Shown here one piece after another: positions 1 through 9,966 of a stretch of DNA of 64,000 nucleotides. This stretch comes from Nitrososphaeraceae archaeon. GTDB taxonomy: Archaea; Thermoproteota; Nitrososphaeria; Nitrososphaerales; Nitrososphaeraceae. How positions within the stretch are numbered: the first letter of the stretch is position 1; every line of letters begins with the position of its first letter. The notes below the pieces were generated by a model. It worked only from the letters and a program-made list of their open reading frames with translations. It did not search any database and was not told the DNA's origin. Made by a program: the position numbers and the translations under genes. The DNA lies in contig JAICFW010000105.1 in the NCBI GenBank assembly GCA_025923455.1, positions 458-64,457 on the forward strand. Direction: 5' to 3'.

Positions 1-332
1 TTGACAAAAGTAGTCTTGAAGAGGAAATTCCTTCCAGTCTTACTTTGGGAAAAAATAACCAAACTATCGTACAAGACCTTCGCGCTGAGACAAAAGTAAT
101 TGGGAACGCCAGCAACAGTACTCAAAACATTAGCAATGTAATACAACCATCTAATCAAAGTGCACGAGATTCTGTTGACCAAATAAAGCAATCATTCCAA
201 AAATCTATGTACAATTCCACAATTGCTCAGAGCTTTGACAATAATAGTTTTACCAAATTAGCGGATCAAAATACTTTTGATAATTTGATTTACAAAATGA
301 AAAATATTTTAGATACCGACTTGTTCAAATAG
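1..332 (+). CDS. Hypothetical protein, C-terminal part (5' truncated by the window edge)
   Basis: The frame of ORF 45..332 stays open back to position 3 (DKSSLEEEIPSSLT-LGKNN...). Low-complexity S/N/Q-rich sequence with no recognised motif. Confidence 0.5.
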   Translation, partial: DKSSLEEEIPSSLTLGKNNQTIVQDLRAETKVIGNASNSTQNISNVIQPSNQSARDSVDQIKQSFQKSMYNSTIAQSFDNNSFTKLADQNTFDNLIYKMKNILDTDLFK

Positions 333-557
333 GCGAAAAGTTTATTCCATGACAAAACTATTTCTAATCATCATTTGTCTTTGTTTTTCAGTTCATGTAA
401 TTATTATTTAACCCAGTGTATTAAGGCCAACCAGTGCAATATTAATTTAAGACTTGAAAATTATGATAATTATATAATAATACTATTATATGTTATATTT
501 TTAATCTGTTTAAAGTTTTTTGAAAACCTTATATTCTTTATATATTTATGAGAAAAC

Positions 558-905
558 ATGAAGCGTATTGAAGCGATAGTTCATAGTGAAAAAATTAACG
601 AATTAAACGAAGAACTAAAGAAGATAGGAAATAGTGGAGCTACAATATATGATGCAAAGGGGAGAGGACATGGTGAAAAGCCTATGGTACAATCAGGACG
701 TGGAACAGGGAAGTATACTTCAGAATTTTCTTCTAGGTCATGTTTATCTACGGTTGTGGATGATGGTGAAGTTGATAAAATAGTAAAGACAATACTGGAT
801 ACAGTAAGTACTGGTTCTCCAGGTGACGGCAAGATCTTTATCTCGACAATTGCCGAGGCAATAGATATAGGAACTCAAAAAAGAGGAAACGGCGCTCTCG
901 AATAA
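558..905 (+). CDS. glnB: P-II family nitrogen regulatory protein (GlnB/GlnK)
   Basis: MKRIEAIV start, KGRG..T-loop with Tyr, and STGSPGDGKIFIS B-loop signature. 115 aa. Confidence 0.95.
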   Translation: MKRIEAIVHSEKINELNEELKKIGNSGATIYDAKGRGHGEKPMVQSGRGTGKYTSEFSSRSCLSTVVDDGEVDKIVKTILDTVSTGSPGDGKIFISTIAEAIDIGTQKRGNGALE

Positions 906-1089
906 TCTGATTCCTAAATAATTTTACAGTTTATCTATTTTTCAATGTCTTGATTCTATTGGAATCTCTAGTCGTGATTAGGTTCCGCTGTTAAATAGGT
1001 TTTTTTAGTTAACGAGTTTCAATTAAAGTAATGAAAAATAAAATAAACATATCACTTTTAAGTCAGATAACAAAAATATCTAAATATTA

Positions 1090-1884
1090 ATGGCTATTGG
1101 CAGACAGATAAGACTTTCAAGAATTTTGAACGATGGAAAAATGCTTTGTATTCCAATGGACCATGGAATAACAAACGGTCCTATTCTTGGACTGGAGGAT
1201 GTTTATGAGTTTATTTATCGATGTGAAAATTCTGGTGTTACAAGTGTTATTATAAACAAAGGCATCATCAAGTCATTACCTCGACCTCCAAAGGTAGGCA
1301 TTATTGCCCATCTGTCTGCCAGTACGTCACTTGGACTTTCGCCAAACAAGAAGGTACAGATGGGTGGAGTCGAGGACGCAATAAGATTAGGAGCTGATGG
1401 TATTTCAGTCCACATTAATATAGGTGCTAAGGAAGAACCCGAGATGCTTCAAAAATTGGGGATAATTTCGGACAAATGCAACGAGTGGAATATTCCATTA
1501 ATAGCCATGATGTATCCTAGAGGACAAAACATCAAGAATCCATATGATGTAGAGATTGTATCACATGTTGCTAGGATAGGCGCAGAAGCAGGTGCCGATA
1601 TTGTTAAGACGGTTTATACCGGAGACAGAGATTCATTTAAGAAGGTTATAAGAACATGTCCAGTACCTGTAGTTATTGCAGGTGGACCAAAAGCAACCAC
1701 GGATGAAGATATATTGGAGATGTGTGATGGTGCTATGCAAGCTGGAGCTATTGGTGTTACCTTTGGACGTAACATATTTCAACATAAAAATCCGCCAAAT
1801 ATACTCACTGCATTATCTAGAATTATATTTAACAGTGAAAAACCAAGAGAGGCGTTAAAGAACATTGTCAGTTCAAAAGAATAA
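1090..1884 (+). CDS. aroA': 2-amino-3,7-dideoxy-D-threo-hept-6-ulosonate synthase (class I DhnA-type aldolase, AroA')
   Basis: PMDHG, MMYPRG, AELGAD-like AEAGADIVKT (Schiff-base Lys), AGGPK and GRNIFQH motifs. Overlaps the DHQ synthase II gene. Confidence 0.9.
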   Translation: MAIGRQIRLSRILNDGKMLCIPMDHGITNGPILGLEDVYEFIYRCENSGVTSVIINKGIIKSLPRPPKVGIIAHLSASTSLGLSPNKKVQMGGVEDAIRLGADGISVHINIGAKEEPEMLQKLGIISDKCNEWNIPLIAMMYPRGQNIKNPYDVEIVSHVARIGAEAGADIVKTVYTGDRDSFKKVIRTCPVPVVIAGGPKATTDEDILEMCDGAMQAGAIGVTFGRNIFQHKNPPNILTALSRIIFNSEKPREALKNIVSSKE

Positions 1885-2929
1885 AGAATTTATTCTAAAA
1901 CCGCTCGTAGAAAAAGAAAAACTGGATGATTTTTTATCCAAAGTATCGAATGTTTCACTGATATATGGCGACCCTTCTGTTATCACAAGTAAGAGATTTA
2001 AAACAATATTTCATTCTGATAATGCGGATTTTGTAGTATGTAATACGCTCGACTTGCTACGTAAGAGTAAGAAAAATCTAACGAAAAGTATAGGCTATAT
2101 AAAAAAAATATCGAGTAACGACGATCTAGATGAAATAGTTCTTGCGTCTAAATATGGCGCAGATTTTGTCATAGTTGAGGCCACTGACTGGAAGATAATT
2201 CCACTGGAGAATCTTATCGCCAAACTTCAAAAAACGGGAACAAAAATTTACACTACCACAAGAAATTCTGAAGAAATTAGAACAATGTTCTCTGTTTTGG
2301 AACTTGGTGTTGATGGAGTTATTTTGGAAACAGATGATGTAAACCAAGTTGAGAATTCGCATGACTTGCTTGAGAATCCTAGTTTTAAGTTAGAATATGC
2401 AAAAATTTTAGAATTAAAGGATGTTGGAATGGGTGAAAGAGTATGTGTAGATACAGTATCGATGATGGACATGGGCGAGGGAATGCTTATTGGTAGTAGG
2501 TCTAATTTCCTGTTTCTAGTACACAACGAATCAGTAGGTTCATCATTTACTTCGCCCAGGCCATTTAGAGTAAATGCGGGAGCCGTTTACTGTTATACTG
2601 CCATGTCTGATGGGACTACAAAATACTTATCTGAGCTTGAAGCGGGTGTTGAAATTCTCGTTGTTAGCAAGGACGGAACGAGCAGAAAATCGACTGTTGG
2701 GAGGTCCAAGATTGAATCCAGACCCATGAAGCTAGTAAAGGCTCAGATAAATGATTCTAATGGAACAGTCATTTTGCAAAATGCTGAAACAATTAGGTTG
2801 ATTACAAAGGACAATAAACTTGTATCAGTAACTGATCTAAAGATTGGCGATGAGGTCCTGGCTTGTACAAGGTCTTCTTCTGGAAGGCATTTTGGAATGC
2901 CAGTAGATGAATTTATCTTGGAAAAGTAA
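1865..2929 (+). CDS. aroB': 3-dehydroquinate synthase II (AroB')
   Basis: WKIIPLENLIA, LELGVDGV, GERVCVDT, RPFRVNAG, GRSKIESRP and GRHFG motifs. Confidence 0.95.
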   Translation: MSVQKNKEFILKPLVEKEKLDDFLSKVSNVSLIYGDPSVITSKRFKTIFHSDNADFVVCNTLDLLRKSKKNLTKSIGYIKKISSNDDLDEIVLASKYGADFVIVEATDWKIIPLENLIAKLQKTGTKIYTTTRNSEEIRTMFSVLELGVDGVILETDDVNQVENSHDLLENPSFKLEYAKILELKDVGMGERVCVDTVSMMDMGEGMLIGSRSNFLFLVHNESVGSSFTSPRPFRVNAGAVYCYTAMSDGTTKYLSELEAGVEILVVSKDGTSRKSTVGRSKIESRPMKLVKAQINDSNGTVILQNAETIRLITKDNKLVSVTDLKIGDEVLACTRSSSGRHFGMPVDEFILEK

Positions 2930-3242
2930 CTAAATACATTTTGAGTAGTATCAAAAAAGCTCATTAAACATTACCAATCATACATGACATTTCGCTATTT
3001 GATGACGAGACCAGTACAACATGGATGGGTGCAATACTCCATATCTAATCTTGTGACTGCCTTGACTCCGTAAATCTACTAGAATGAGAGAGGTTATTTT
3101 TTGGATTCCTGATAGAATGAGACATACTGTCTTGAGTATTTATCTTCACTACAAGTTAATTTCAATTAATTTAATTTATCAGCATGTTTACTTTTTTTAA
3201 GTATGCGGGATATGGGCTGACTATGGAGCAAACATTATTCCA

Positions 3243-4109
3243 ATGTTACTTGAATTTCATAATTCCGTTATACAGGGGGACTGCAGAAAAGTACTATCAG
3301 AGTTATCCGCAAACTATGTCCAACTTACAATTACTTCTCCTCCATATAGAAACGCTATTGACTATGAGGCACACGTTGAGAAAAATGGCAATTATCGCGG
3401 AAAAACGAAAAAAGAAACTGGAGAATATCTTGAGGAAATGGTCCAAATCTTTAATGAACACGTATACAGAGTAACTAAAGATGGAGGTTACTGTTGTATA
3501 GTAATAGGAAATGAAGTTGTAAACGGAACAATTATCCCACTACCACATATGTTACTCTCTAAATTAGTAGAACCTTTTGGAAATTGGAATCTTCATGAAG
3601 AGATTATATGGCACAAGGTTACGGGGGGTACTAATAGGTACGGATCATTTGTGATTAATCCATATCCTAAATATTTCAGAGCTAATATAATGCATGAATT
3701 CATCCTTGTTCTGAGAAAGGGAGATGTAAATAGCGGGAGAACAAATAGACATGACATACTTCCAGCAAAGCACGAAGAATTTACTAAAGAGATCGCAAAT
3801 TCCATTTGGCATATTGCGCCTGTTCCTCCAGGACATATCGAACATCCCTGTCCATTTCCTGAAGAGATTCCATATCGTCTCATGAAGCTCTATTCTTATG
3901 AAGGTGATCTTGTTCTTGATCCTTTCAATGGTAGCGGCCAAACAACCAAGGTTGCGCATAATTTTGCTAGGCGGTACATCGGTATAGATTTAATGAACGA
4001 GTATGTGTCATTGGCTAAACTGAGAATAGATAAAGAATCAATACACATAAGGCCAGATGCGTTGATAGCAAAATGGCAAAAAGTACGGTCACACTATCTC
4101 GCAAATTAG
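3243..4109 (+). CDS. Orphan DNA amino-methyltransferase, beta class (N4-C/N6-A)
   Basis: Catalytic motif IV TSPPY comes before motif I DPFNGSGQT. HPCPFPEEIP is present. No restriction endonuclease gene is adjacent. Confidence 0.9.
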   Translation: MLLEFHNSVIQGDCRKVLSELSANYVQLTITSPPYRNAIDYEAHVEKNGNYRGKTKKETGEYLEEMVQIFNEHVYRVTKDGGYCCIVIGNEVVNGTIIPLPHMLLSKLVEPFGNWNLHEEIIWHKVTGGTNRYGSFVINPYPKYFRANIMHEFILVLRKGDVNSGRTNRHDILPAKHEEFTKEIANSIWHIAPVPPGHIEHPCPFPEEIPYRLMKLYSYEGDLVLDPFNGSGQTTKVAHNFARRYIGIDLMNEYVSLAKLRIDKESIHIRPDALIAKWQKVRSHYLAN

Positions 4110-4324
4110 CCTCTATCTAGTTTCCTTCTACTTGACTAGCAATTATCCCTTGAATAAAATTAAAGTCAAATAATTTAACACATACGAATGGCGGAGAACC
4201 CACAATAAAACTGCCTGTTTTGAGATTATCATGATCCCATGCTTGAAAATTAGATGTTGTCTACTGTTTTTTAATTAATGCTTAACATGAATTACAGCCT
4301 CACCTTTTATAGATTTTTTAAGCA

Positions 4325-5755
4325 TTGGAGAATAACACATTGCATCATTCAGAGTATCCCAAATTAGTTGTAATCTACATTGTAGTATCCATTTTGCTGA
4401 TATTATTCCTAATCATACCAGGTTATACCAATGCCACTCTAGAAAATAATAATATCAACATTATATCTCCCTCAAACAACAGTAAGGTTCAACCCGGCAA
4501 TTTGACAATTACTGGAACTGCTGTATTTGACTCAAGCCAACCTTGTTCCGTTCATGCTACTTGGAATGATTCACAATCATTACGCCATCCAGTGAAAATT
4601 ATAAACGACGGAAAAAATTATTCAATGTGGAAATTCACTTATGATCCTAATTCTCACGAAATAATTGAGGGTCCTAACACTCTCACGGGAATTCTATCGT
4701 GCTTGAATTTACCTTCTGACAATCTAACAAGGATTTCTTCAATAATAGTCAATGGTAATGAAAAATCAGTTAAGGGCAATAACCTGTTCAACAGTGGGTC
4801 AGATTTTTCTCAAATGGTTCCAACTACTAGTCTAAGTGGTCAGCAACAGAATAGTGATGTTTTCTCAAGTAATGATTTTGACTTAGCAATTCCATTTACA
4901 AAGGAAAATGAAACGAAATATGACTCACCGATTAACAATGAGTTTGAGAGAGTGAATAGAACTTATATAAATAGCACTTTACAAGGTAATAAATCTCTAG
5001 CAAGTGCTGCTGCACCTCCATCAATCCTAGAAATTGAATCAAATCAAAACTCAAACAAATTTCTATCAATTTCTAATGATACACGAGTTGTAGCTGATGC
5101 AGGACCAGATCAGACAGTTTATGAAAGTGCATCAGTTATCCTTAATGGAAGTAACAGCAAGAGCAACAATAATGTTATCTTGTCTTATGAGTGGAAACAG
5201 ATTCCCAATCCCAATATTACGGTAGGTGGTGCAAACACCATGATGTGGTCGTTTATAGCTCCCTATGTTTCAACAGACACCACATTAACATTCGAACTAG
5301 TTGTTACTGATAATAAAGGAATAACTTCAACAGATGAGGTCAATATCAATGTTAGAGACGGTAATAAAACTGTCAGCGAAGTGGAGTTGACCAATGGATT
5401 CTTGTCTAAGGAAAGTAATAAAAGTAAAAGCGACACTCCGTCCGAACTAAGCAATCTTGTTATTCAAACTTTAGTAGACGAGAATTCTGTTTCTATTGGT
5501 GAAGAACAAGTCATTAAAATAGATCTAATTGATGCTAATTCTGACGATAGAATTAACAATGCTACAATAAGAGGTGAAATATTGGATTCCTCAGAAAAAA
5601 TTATCAAAGAATTTTCAGAAAATAATGACACTTTAGAATTATCACTAAAGATACCAGAGCACGCGAAAGTAGGAGATTTTGTGATTCGGGTTAATGCTAC
5701 TGCCCCTGGATATATCTCTTCAAACACTGACACAAATTTTAAAGTTCAAAAATGA
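4325..5755 (+). CDS. Secreted or membrane-anchored protein with a PKD/Ig-like domain
   Basis: N-terminal hydrophobic segment. ADAGPDQTV...LNGSNS...YEWKQ...LTFELVVTDNKG PKD-like repeat. Many N-x-S/T sequons. Confidence 0.8.
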   Translation: MENNTLHHSEYPKLVVIYIVVSILLILFLIIPGYTNATLENNNINIISPSNNSKVQPGNLTITGTAVFDSSQPCSVHATWNDSQSLRHPVKIINDGKNYSMWKFTYDPNSHEIIEGPNTLTGILSCLNLPSDNLTRISSIIVNGNEKSVKGNNLFNSGSDFSQMVPTTSLSGQQQNSDVFSSNDFDLAIPFTKENETKYDSPINNEFERVNRTYINSTLQGNKSLASAAAPPSILEIESNQNSNKFLSISNDTRVVADAGPDQTVYESASVILNGSNSKSNNNVILSYEWKQIPNPNITVGGANTMMWSFIAPYVSTDTTLTFELVVTDNKGITSTDEVNINVRDGNKTVSEVELTNGFLSKESNKSKSDTPSELSNLVIQTLVDENSVSIGEEQVIKIDLIDANSDDRINNATIRGEILDSSEKIIKEFSENNDTLELSLKIPEHAKVGDFVIRVNATAPGYISSNTDTNFKVQK

Positions 5756-5809
5756 TAACTCTGTTTTAGTAGTCACACAATCCAAATACTAACAAGTATG
5801 AATATGAGT

Positions 5810-5839
5810 CTACTATGGAACACGACATGTTCCAAGTAG
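5810..5839. terminator. Hairpin between convergent genes (possible bidirectional terminator)
   Basis: CTACT-A-TGGAACA/TGTTCCA-AGTAG forms a 12-bp stem with one bulge, between stops at 5755 (+) and 5887 (-). Confidence 0.3.
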
Positions 5840-5886
5840 TTGGTAAAGAATTATTTTAAAATGGTATAATATTTCGACTATATGTT

Positions 5887-6207
5887 TTATTTTGACACGT
5901 AACTACGAATTTTGTCAATCACATCTCCGCTCAATTTTAGAGTATATGCAGAAGAATCACTGTCCGAGTAATGGGATAATTCCTCTAGAAATTTTGCCTT
6001 GTCTTTGCCTCTTTCATACATTCCCCCAGATTCCTTGATACAAAGAGGAAATTTCTGCATTTTCAGTCCATTGGAGTTCAAATAGTTTATGAAATTGCGA
6101 TATCCTTCAACATTATACCAATCATTTTCTCTTTCTTCACAATAGGCTATCCAGACATCAATTGTATTTTGAAAGAAAGCCTTGTCCCTCAACTTTTCAA
6201 GCATCAT
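5887..6207 (-). CDS. Conserved hypothetical protein
   Basis: 106-aa ORF with typical codon use and an AT-rich upstream promoter region. No motif recognised. Confidence 0.7.
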   Translation of the reverse strand: MMLEKLRDKAFFQNTIDVWIAYCEERENDWYNVEGYRNFINYLNSNGLKMQKFPLCIKESGGMYERGKDKAKFLEELSHYSDSDSSAYTLKLSGDVIDKIRSYVSK

Positions 6208-6493
6208 TAGTATAATATTTTTTTAATGTAATATAATATATCTCTATATTTGTTTTAAAAAATGATATAATAGTTTACAACTGACCTTACATTAACAAAT
6301 TGATTGATGCTTATCCGGTGAAAGAAAGCACCAATCAAGCCATCTTAAACAATGAATCCAAGAAAGGCAAACCGTGATGTGTACAATTTTTATTTAATAC
6401 TTCTGGTACACTTAACTAATTGTCTTGTTAGAATATAGTCACTCACCTTCTTTGTTACTTCAGTTTTAAATCTGCATTTGCAGAATAAATCAT

Positions 6494-6786
6494 ATTACTG
6501 TAGATCAAATATTGCAAGAAGAAATTAGGATTCACGGATTTGAATTTCTCGTGAAAAAGATGAATCTACCTGCAAACGTGATCTTCGTAAAAGGATTGAA
6601 CTGATCCATTGGATTCTTCAGAATATGAAAAATCCTAACGTCGAAGTGTGTTGTCTGAATGAAACCATACAGGAAATAAATAAGTTAAATTCGATATTTT
6701 AATCTGATATATTAGCTAGCGAATTACGCATTTTGGATTGGATATGCTATCAAGTATGTATGAATCAACAAAAAAATTTAATCTGA
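6494..6786 (+). pseudogene. Degraded small gene (frameshift plus in-frame stop)
   Basis: ITVDQILQEEIRIHG continues after a frameshift as ISREKDESTCKRDLRKRIELIHWILQNMKNPNVEVC..., then TAA, then SDILASELRILDWICYQVCMNQQK. The pieces read as one helical protein. Confidence 0.45.
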
Positions 6787-7039
6787 TTCAAAGTTACACA
6801 TTTTGTATCAGTTGTGATCTTTTTCCTTCACTATAACAGAAGTAGGAAGCTTTAAGCACAAAAAAATTACTGATTTTAGCCGCAATTTTTTATAATATTT
6901 TTACGATTCTAAACATACCGATTCACTGATAGGAAGGCTTTTTTTGATTCGTGGTACAAGATTTGTAAACGAACTGCGTTTGCAATAGTTCCCTCGTCGG
7001 ACTGTGAACCATTATAAGTTTATTTGACTTTTATATTTT

Positions 7040-7192
7040 ATGCAGATTCATGATATCTGTCTTAATTGCGGGCATAGGAAAGACGAACATAGTTCGGATG
7101 GTTCCCGTTGCCATAACAACCTCTGTCCTTGTTTGGGTTTAAAACAACATTCTTGCAATATGAGTCCGAGTTATAATATAGAGATTGGATGA
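7040..7192 (+). CDS. Small Cys/His-rich putative zinc-binding protein (50 aa, below the ORF-track cutoff)
   Basis: MQIHDICLNCGHRKDEHSSDGSRCHNNLCPC..., i.e. C-x2-C-G-H-x4-H-x6-C-x4-C-x-C. The same motif occurs in ORF 22354..22554. Confidence 0.55.
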   Translation: MQIHDICLNCGHRKDEHSSDGSRCHNNLCPCLGLKQHSCNMSPSYNIEIG

Positions 7193-7368
7193 TTTTTTTC
7201 CTATTTTTCGAATTGGATTTTTTACGGTATATTTGAACAACCTATTGTTTGTAATAATCCAAGGGTGCTAATCTAATCTTCTTAGGTCTGAATTATTTTA
7301 TGTATAGAATTTAGAAAATCAACAAAAAATTTATAATATATCTCTTCAATAATTTTTGTACTCGGCGG

Positions 7369-7818
7369 ATGGTATACTTGGCAAACAGAATTGTTAGTAT
7401 AGTAGACGATGAGATAGATATAACTGATCTTTTCCAAGCTGCAATAGGTAACAATATTGATGGTATTTCCGTTGTAAGTTTTAACGACCCAACGCTAGCG
7501 TTAGAACATTATAGCCAATATAAACAAAATTACGCTTTGATCATTTCTGATATGAGAATGCCTCTTATGACCGGATTGGAATTACTAAAAAAGGTCAAAG
7601 AACTTAATCCTAATGTAAGAACGATGTTAGTAAGCGCATTCGATATGCAAGATAATCCGGATTTTCAAAAATATTTGAAAGAAGGAGTTATAGATTCATT
7701 CCTTGAAAAGCCAATAACCATTAATAGATTATGCCAAGAAGTGAGAGACGAGGTTGAGATTTACTTTCTAGGCTTAAAAAGGGTAAGACCTCAAATTCAG
7801 AAAAATTGTCGAACCTGA
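7369..7818 (+). CDS. Orphan response-regulator receiver-domain protein
   Basis: IVDDE, IISDMRMP (phosphoacceptor Asp), MTGLELLK, VSA and EKP motifs. Confidence 0.92.
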   Translation: MVYLANRIVSIVDDEIDITDLFQAAIGNNIDGISVVSFNDPTLALEHYSQYKQNYALIISDMRMPLMTGLELLKKVKELNPNVRTMLVSAFDMQDNPDFQKYLKEGVIDSFLEKPITINRLCQEVRDEVEIYFLGLKRVRPQIQKNCRT

Positions 7819-8033
7819 AATTATTTATATTTGTTGAACCATCCCATCCAATCAAGAAACCAATTCCCTGCCAGTTTGAACTTTTTTATATTTTGTTATG
7901 ATGATAAAATTACCTGATATCTTTACATGTTCTCTGGTGTGTCCACTTCCCACAAGTGTTTGGTCAAGTATACTCAGCAGTAGTTGATTGGATAGTAATT
8001 CTGACACAGAATTTGGTGTAATGTAAGTTTATG

Positions 8034-8465
8034 TCAAAAAGTATCTTCTGTTTCGACATCCATCTTGATTCCATTACGGTCGAACGCTCCAATATTTCCA
8101 ACGTCATATGGATAACAAATTATTAATGATACCAATCCAAAAAAATGATTCAAATCCTCCAGTGATGGCCGATTGGACCCACTTGGATGGGAATGTATTG
8201 TGCCAATATAGGATAAATCGAATGGAAGTTCATACACTGGAAACCCCGAGTAATATGGTCCATGAGAAGAAAATGGCGGAATTATTAAACCGGTTATTCT
8301 AATTACATTTTTTTCTTTTTTACCTTGCAAGATCAATATTCCCTCATTAGGATGCCATGATTTTGCATAGGTTATTACACTGTCTATAATCTCTTTAGTC
8401 AGAACTATTTTTCGCTTTACTTCAGCCAGATCCTTCTTCCTTCTAAAAATCACAACAGTAATCAC
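8034..8465 (-). CDS. JAMM/MPN+ (Mov34) metalloprotease
   Basis: HPNEG...HSHPSGSNRPSLED matches the E-xn-HxH-x7-S-x2-D motif. Confidence 0.92.
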   Translation of the reverse strand: MITVVIFRRKKDLAEVKRKIVLTKEIIDSVITYAKSWHPNEGILILQGKKEKNVIRITGLIIPPFSSHGPYYSGFPVYELPFDLSYIGTIHSHPSGSNRPSLEDLNHFFGLVSLIICYPYDVGNIGAFDRNGIKMDVETEDTF

Positions 8466-9000
8466 GAAATTCCTGGTATTAAAATTAACTATTAATGGTT
8501 AACTCACGCAATCAAAAGAAATTAATGGTACAGTCATATGTGGATAGAAATACTTTAATGAATGCATAAAATTATAAAAATAGATGATACTGTTGCGGAG
8601 TAACAATAATTGTTTCAATAGTTCAGCAATTTCTTCGAGTTAATCAATTAACTTTATCCAAGTAAGTTATTTTAAAATGGTACTTGTAAAATTCTAATGA
8701 AATAAAAGGACTCCACAATCCCAGACACGGAGCGATAACCGTACACATTTTGCGTGCAAAAGATTTACTATTGACAATACCCATACGTGTAAAGATCTAA
8801 AAGGGACAGTAAGGGGCTTGCCTGTTACGAAAGTTAACTTTCTGCACACAAAACTCTCACTGAAAAATTGGTTAAAAGTAAATTCTAGCTCCCACGCTCG
8901 CACACCTGGTAATGCGATACCTTGAATAAGATGACCTATCAAAAAAGCAAGTGACATTTGCAAATGATATTTTAAAGGGCTTCCAAACAATTTAGATTAC

Positions 9001-9966
9001 TTGATAACTGTAAAGAATCTTGTCAAGAAATACGCAGACTTCAAAGCACTAGATGACCTAAGTTTTGAAGTCAATGAGAATGAAATATTTGGACTTTTAG
9101 GACCAAATGGGGCAGGAAAGACCACTCTAATACATATACTGGCTACTCTGCTAAAGCCGACGGAGGGAGGAGCTATTGTGAATGGTTTTGATGTTTTGCA
9201 CAATGCAAATAAAGTAAGACAGAGCATTGGTGTAGTTTTTCAAGCTCCAAGCAGTGATGATATCCTAACTGGGTATGAAAATTTAAAGGTTCATGCGTTA
9301 CTCTATGGGATACCTCGAAAGTTAAGAGAAAAAAGAATTTCGGAGGTACTAGAATTAGTTGGATTGGGGGATAGAAAAAATGACCAGGTAAAGAAATACT
9401 CTGGTGGAATGAGAAGGCGATTAGAAATTGCACGCGGGCTCTTACATCATCCTAAAGTTTTCTTTTTAGATGAACCCACATTGGGTTTAGATCCGAAAAG
9501 TAGAGAAACTATGTGGAAGTACATCAAAAAAATAGTGCGTGAGGAAAAAGTTACTATCATATTGACGACACACTATATGGAGGAGGCTGATATGTTGTGT
9601 GATAGAATTGGTTTTATTACCAACGGGAGAATAATTGCACTAGATTCACCATCAAAATTAAAACAGGAAATTGGTGGTGATATTGTAAAGATAACATTCA
9701 GCGATCGAGTCCCTCTAGATAAAGATTTTACTAAATTTGATTTTGTTCATAAGGTAGAGCGGAAGGAAAATTCTGTCATAATTTACATGGAAAAAGTAAA
9801 CTCTAACTTGCATATGCTAATAAAGGATTTAGATGATGTCCAGACCATAGAATATAAGAAACCTACGCTAAATGATGTGTTCTTGAAACTTTCAGGAGAT
9901 TACTTGTCCGGAGACAGTCCAGAAGGGGGATTCATGCAAAGATATGCTCAGTACAAAAAATCTTAG
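9001..9966 (+). CDS. ABC transporter ATP-binding protein (DrrA-like exporter)
   Basis: Walker A GPNGAGKTT, signature YSGGMRRR, Walker B FFLDEPT, and H-loop TTHYMEEA. Confidence 0.95.
   Translation: MITVKNLVKKYADFKALDDLSFEVNENEIFGLLGPNGAGKTTLIHILATLLKPTEGGAIVNGFDVLHNANKVRQSIGVVFQAPSSDDILTGYENLKVHALLYGIPRKLREKRISEVLELVGLGDRKNDQVKKYSGGMRRRLEIARGLLHHPKVFFLDEPTLGLDPKSRETMWKYIKKIVREEKVTIILTTHYMEEADMLCDRIGFITNGRIIALDSPSKLKQEIGGDIVKITFSDRVPLDKDFTKFDFVHKVERKENSVIIYMEKVNSNLHMLIKDLDDVQTIEYKKPTLNDVFLKLSGDYLSGDSPEGGFMQRYAQYKKS

Noticed and set aside
8694-8990. 98-aa minus-strand ORF
   Set aside because: Atypical composition, no motif, and it occupies the promoter region of the ABC operon.
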